Origin: Candidatus Parcubacteria bacterium
Lineage (GTDB): Bacteria > Patescibacteriota > Minisyncoccia > UBA6257 > 2-01-FULL-56-20
DNA: 64,000 bases
Reading direction: 5' to 3'
Assembly: GCA_027450205.1 (NCBI GenBank)
Contig: DAIDJL010000002.1
Span: 93,758-157,757, forward strand
Below the pieces are notes generated by a model, which saw only the letters and a list, made by a program, of their open reading frames with translations, was not told the DNA's origin and made no database searches. A program made the position numbers and the translations under genes. Below, piece after piece: positions 61,773-64,000 of this stretch (its first letter is position 1; each line of letters starts with the position of its first letter).

Positions 61773-61823
61773 GTATAGCGGCGCGGCGCGAACGCTATCC
61801 GGACGCGACAACCGAGCACAGGC

Positions 61824-62945
61824 CTATCTTACTATAAATGCATAGAGGGAGTAAATCGCAGCGCAAACAAAGATGAGAGAGAGGGCATCGAGCAGGATTT
61901 TCTCCCGCGTGGCGAGCGTGAGCGTGCGACGCCCGACGGAGATGATAAGAAGATATTGCGTGCTGATGAACACGCCGCCGGCGACACTCACGATCGTTAA
62001 AAGATCATTAAGCCCTGACAGAGCGGCGGCGCACGGGATAAGGATGATCGCGGCGCGCGAGGCGATGGAATTCCACGCGAGATCTTTCTCGAGCGCGCCA
62101 CGGATCTCCCGCGCGAGCGGCAATGAGACTACGGCGATCGATGCAAGACCTATGCCCGCGAGCACATCCCTGCGCCATATCGGCCAGCCGAACGTCCCCG
62201 AGATCGTGTCCGTCGCAACGTGCGCCGTTGTACCGATCACGCCGAGCGCAAAAAGCCAATAGAGCAACCCGGTAAATGCAGTGCCGGCAATAAAAATAAT
62301 AAGCATGCCCGCGCCGAGACCATCGCCATTCTTTACTTTCGGGCGGACAAGCTCATACACCTGTTCCACGCTCGTCCACCCGGCGAGTGAAAAGAGTACG
62401 GCGCCGAACGGAAGGAAGAAATTCTGCGGGGCCGCGAGCGGCATGTTCGCGAACGCGGCGCCCGCATGGCCGGAAAAATATATGAAGAGTATCGCAAAAG
62501 AGACGAGCGCAACGCCGGTTGCCTCAAGCCCGGCGATCCTCCCTTCGCTCCCCCAGATGAGGCCCGCAAGCAGAAGCCAGCACAGCATAAGCGCGGCAGA
62601 GGCGGGAATTCCCGGGAGTAATATTCTTATAAATTGCGCCCCAAGCACGAGATAAGCAACAAATCCAAGCAACAGGCCGATCACAATCGCGAAAAATCCG
62701 ATCCAAAATCCGGTGGCGCCAAAATAGTTCCGCGCAAGACCGAGCAGGCGCTCTTCCTCGTGCACCGCACCAAGTGTACGCAAATAGATGACATGCGCCA
62801 GAGAAACGACCGCTATAAGCGCAACAAAATATCCCAGTGCGACCACCCACCCCGACGCCTGAATGACGTACGGCAATGCGAAAACACCCATTCCGATCGT
62901 CGCCGCGGCAACGATCGCCGCAATGATGAGAGGATTTTTGACCAT
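61824..62945 (-). CDS. Aromatic amino acid transport family permease
   Basis: TIGMGVFALPY and PFGAVLFSL; about 11 TM segments. Confidence 0.8.
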   Translation of the reverse strand: MVKNPLIIAAIVAAATIGMGVFALPYVIQASGWVVALGYFVALIAVVSLAHVIYLRTLGAVHEEERLLGLARNYFGATGFWIGFFAIVIGLLLGFVAYLVLGAQFIRILLPGIPASAALMLCWLLLAGLIWGSEGRIAGLEATGVALVSFAILFIYFSGHAGAAFANMPLAAPQNFFLPFGAVLFSLAGWTSVEQVYELVRPKVKNGDGLGAGMLIIFIAGTAFTGLLYWLFALGVIGTTAHVATDTISGTFGWPIWRRDVLAGIGLASIAVVSLPLAREIRGALEKDLAWNSIASRAAIILIPCAAALSGLNDLLTIVSVAGGVFISTQYLLIISVGRRTLTLATREKILLDALSLIFVCAAIYSLYAFIVR

Positions 62946-62951
62946 GCGCCC

Positions 62952-63317
62952 CTATCTCTTATACACCAGATCCCCCTCCCGAACGCGCTTCTTCAGCTTG
63001 ATGCCGATCTGCTTCCCCTTCTTTGCCACCGCCACCGGCTTGTGGTCAAACTGCATGGATTTTGCTTTCTCGGTAAAATCGGTTGTCGCGCCTTTGAAAT
63101 ATAATTCCGAACCTGTTTTTACGTTCGTATTGAATTTAACGATCGCAACCTTGATATGCGTATAATAGTGCGTCACCCTGCCGACGGGTTTCACCTTTTT
63201 CCCGCCGGGCGGTCTTTTTACACCAGCCTTCTTTGCCGATCTTTTAACGACCCTCTTTGGCGCTTTCTTTTTCGGCGCCGCTTTTGCTTTCCTTTTCTTC
63301 ACGCTTTTCCTCTTCAT
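62952..63317 (-). CDS. Translation-factor beta-barrel-like small protein with a Lys-rich N-terminus
   Basis: VGRVTHYY..IKVA...G.TTDF...SMQ.....VREGD.VY. Confidence 0.75.
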   Translation of the reverse strand: MKRKSVKKRKAKAAPKKKAPKRVVKRSAKKAGVKRPPGGKKVKPVGRVTHYYTHIKVAIVKFNTNVKTGSELYFKGATTDFTEKAKSMQFDHKPVAVAKKGKQIGIKLKKRVREGDLVYKR

Positions 63318-63321
63318 AATA

Positions 63322-63906
63322 TTATTCGATCTCCCTTTTTTCTTCCTCGGCATAAATCAATGCGACCACTTTTTCAACCAGCGACCTTGGGTCGGAGTCG
63401 AACACCGCCTTTCCATTGCCGCGATGCGCGATCTTAAGAATGTGCTCAAGCTCGTCGCTTGTGCCGCCGGTGCCGGTCAGCACGCCCTGCGGCTTCTTGT
63501 CCTCAAACGCGATCGTAAACTCGTTCAGTGTTCCGATGCGGCCATAGATCGTAATGACCGCGTCAGCCGAACGGGTAAGCAATAAGTTGCGGCCTGAATA
63601 ACCAAAGCCGGTATATATAATGAGGTCGTGATAGTCGAGCGGCAAGCGATAGGTTCTCACATGCGCCGCCTTGGACTCGGCGGGCGAAAGCCCGATGACG
63701 ATGCCGCCCGCTTCCTTTGCCCCTTTTGCCGCGTACCACGGGATGCCGGTGGTCGCTCCATCCACGAGCACGATGCCCGCTTCGGCGATAAGCTTGCCGA
63801 TCAGCTCCGCCTTCTCTATGGTGCCCGGCGGGCAATGCTCGATTTCCGCCGCGCCGGAAATGCAGATCTTATATTTAAGATGATATGCTGTATCGATTTT
63901 TTTCAT
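63322..63906 (-). CDS. LOG / TIGR00725-like Rossmann-fold protein
   Basis: GATTGIP, GAKEAGG, TGFGYSGRN and GRIGTLNE. Confidence 0.85.
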   Translation of the reverse strand: MKKIDTAYHLKYKICISGAAEIEHCPPGTIEKAELIGKLIAEAGIVLVDGATTGIPWYAAKGAKEAGGIVIGLSPAESKAAHVRTYRLPLDYHDLIIYTGFGYSGRNLLLTRSADAVITIYGRIGTLNEFTIAFEDKKPQGVLTGTGGTSDELEHILKIAHRGNGKAVFDSDPRSLVEKVVALIYAEEEKREIE

Positions 63907-63951
63907 GATATTTTAATAGTATTCTATCACAAGCCGGCGCATTTCGGCGCA

Positions 63952-64000
63952 TTACAAAACAACGCTCTCGTTCGCATGCGGCACTTCGGCGACGACGCCA
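63952..64000 (-). CDS. 3' end of an unidentified gene cut by the window edge
   Basis: Reads GVVAEVPHANESVVL*; too short to assign. Confidence 0.35.
   Translation of the reverse strand, partial: GVVAEVPHANESVVL

Overview
The window looks like part of a small-genome Patescibacteria (CPR, Parcubacteria-like) chromosome read in genetic code 11. The lineage is inferred from gene content, leaderless-type promoters and aaRS fusions. 1-10.8 kb is a surface-glycan locus: epimerase, GT2, rmlA-like, GT11, gmd/fcl, three methyltransferases and an O-antigen-ligase-family gene. 10.8-39.6 kb and 50.3-64 kb are mostly housekeeping: rny, gpmI, secG, rnj, trpS, ileS, argS, smpB, infC-rpmI-rplT, polX, a Clp ATPase, udg, an ECF sigma factor, tRNA-Leu(CAG) and tRNA-Arg(CCG). 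The most interesting part is the lower-GC region at about 39.6-50.0 kb, next to the 3' end of the tmRNA gene (49975-50287, minus strand). A large serine recombinase (LSR) gene reads across a GTGGA core into the tmRNA. The same core recurs at 43583, 42610, 41831 and 41622, each time joining conserved arms. This defines a tandem, integron-like array: one 6.4 kb recombinase-carrying element and several sub-kb single-gene cassettes. Two of the arms encode a 31-aa peptide, in frame with the LSR at the core and differing only by silent or conservative changes. Excision would therefore swap the recombinase's C-terminus. The element also carries a HigB/HigA-like toxin-antitoxin pair with a third gene and a structured leader. 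Several long intergenic palindromes and one candidate ncRNA lie elsewhere in the window. All calls are by eye from motifs; no database search was run.
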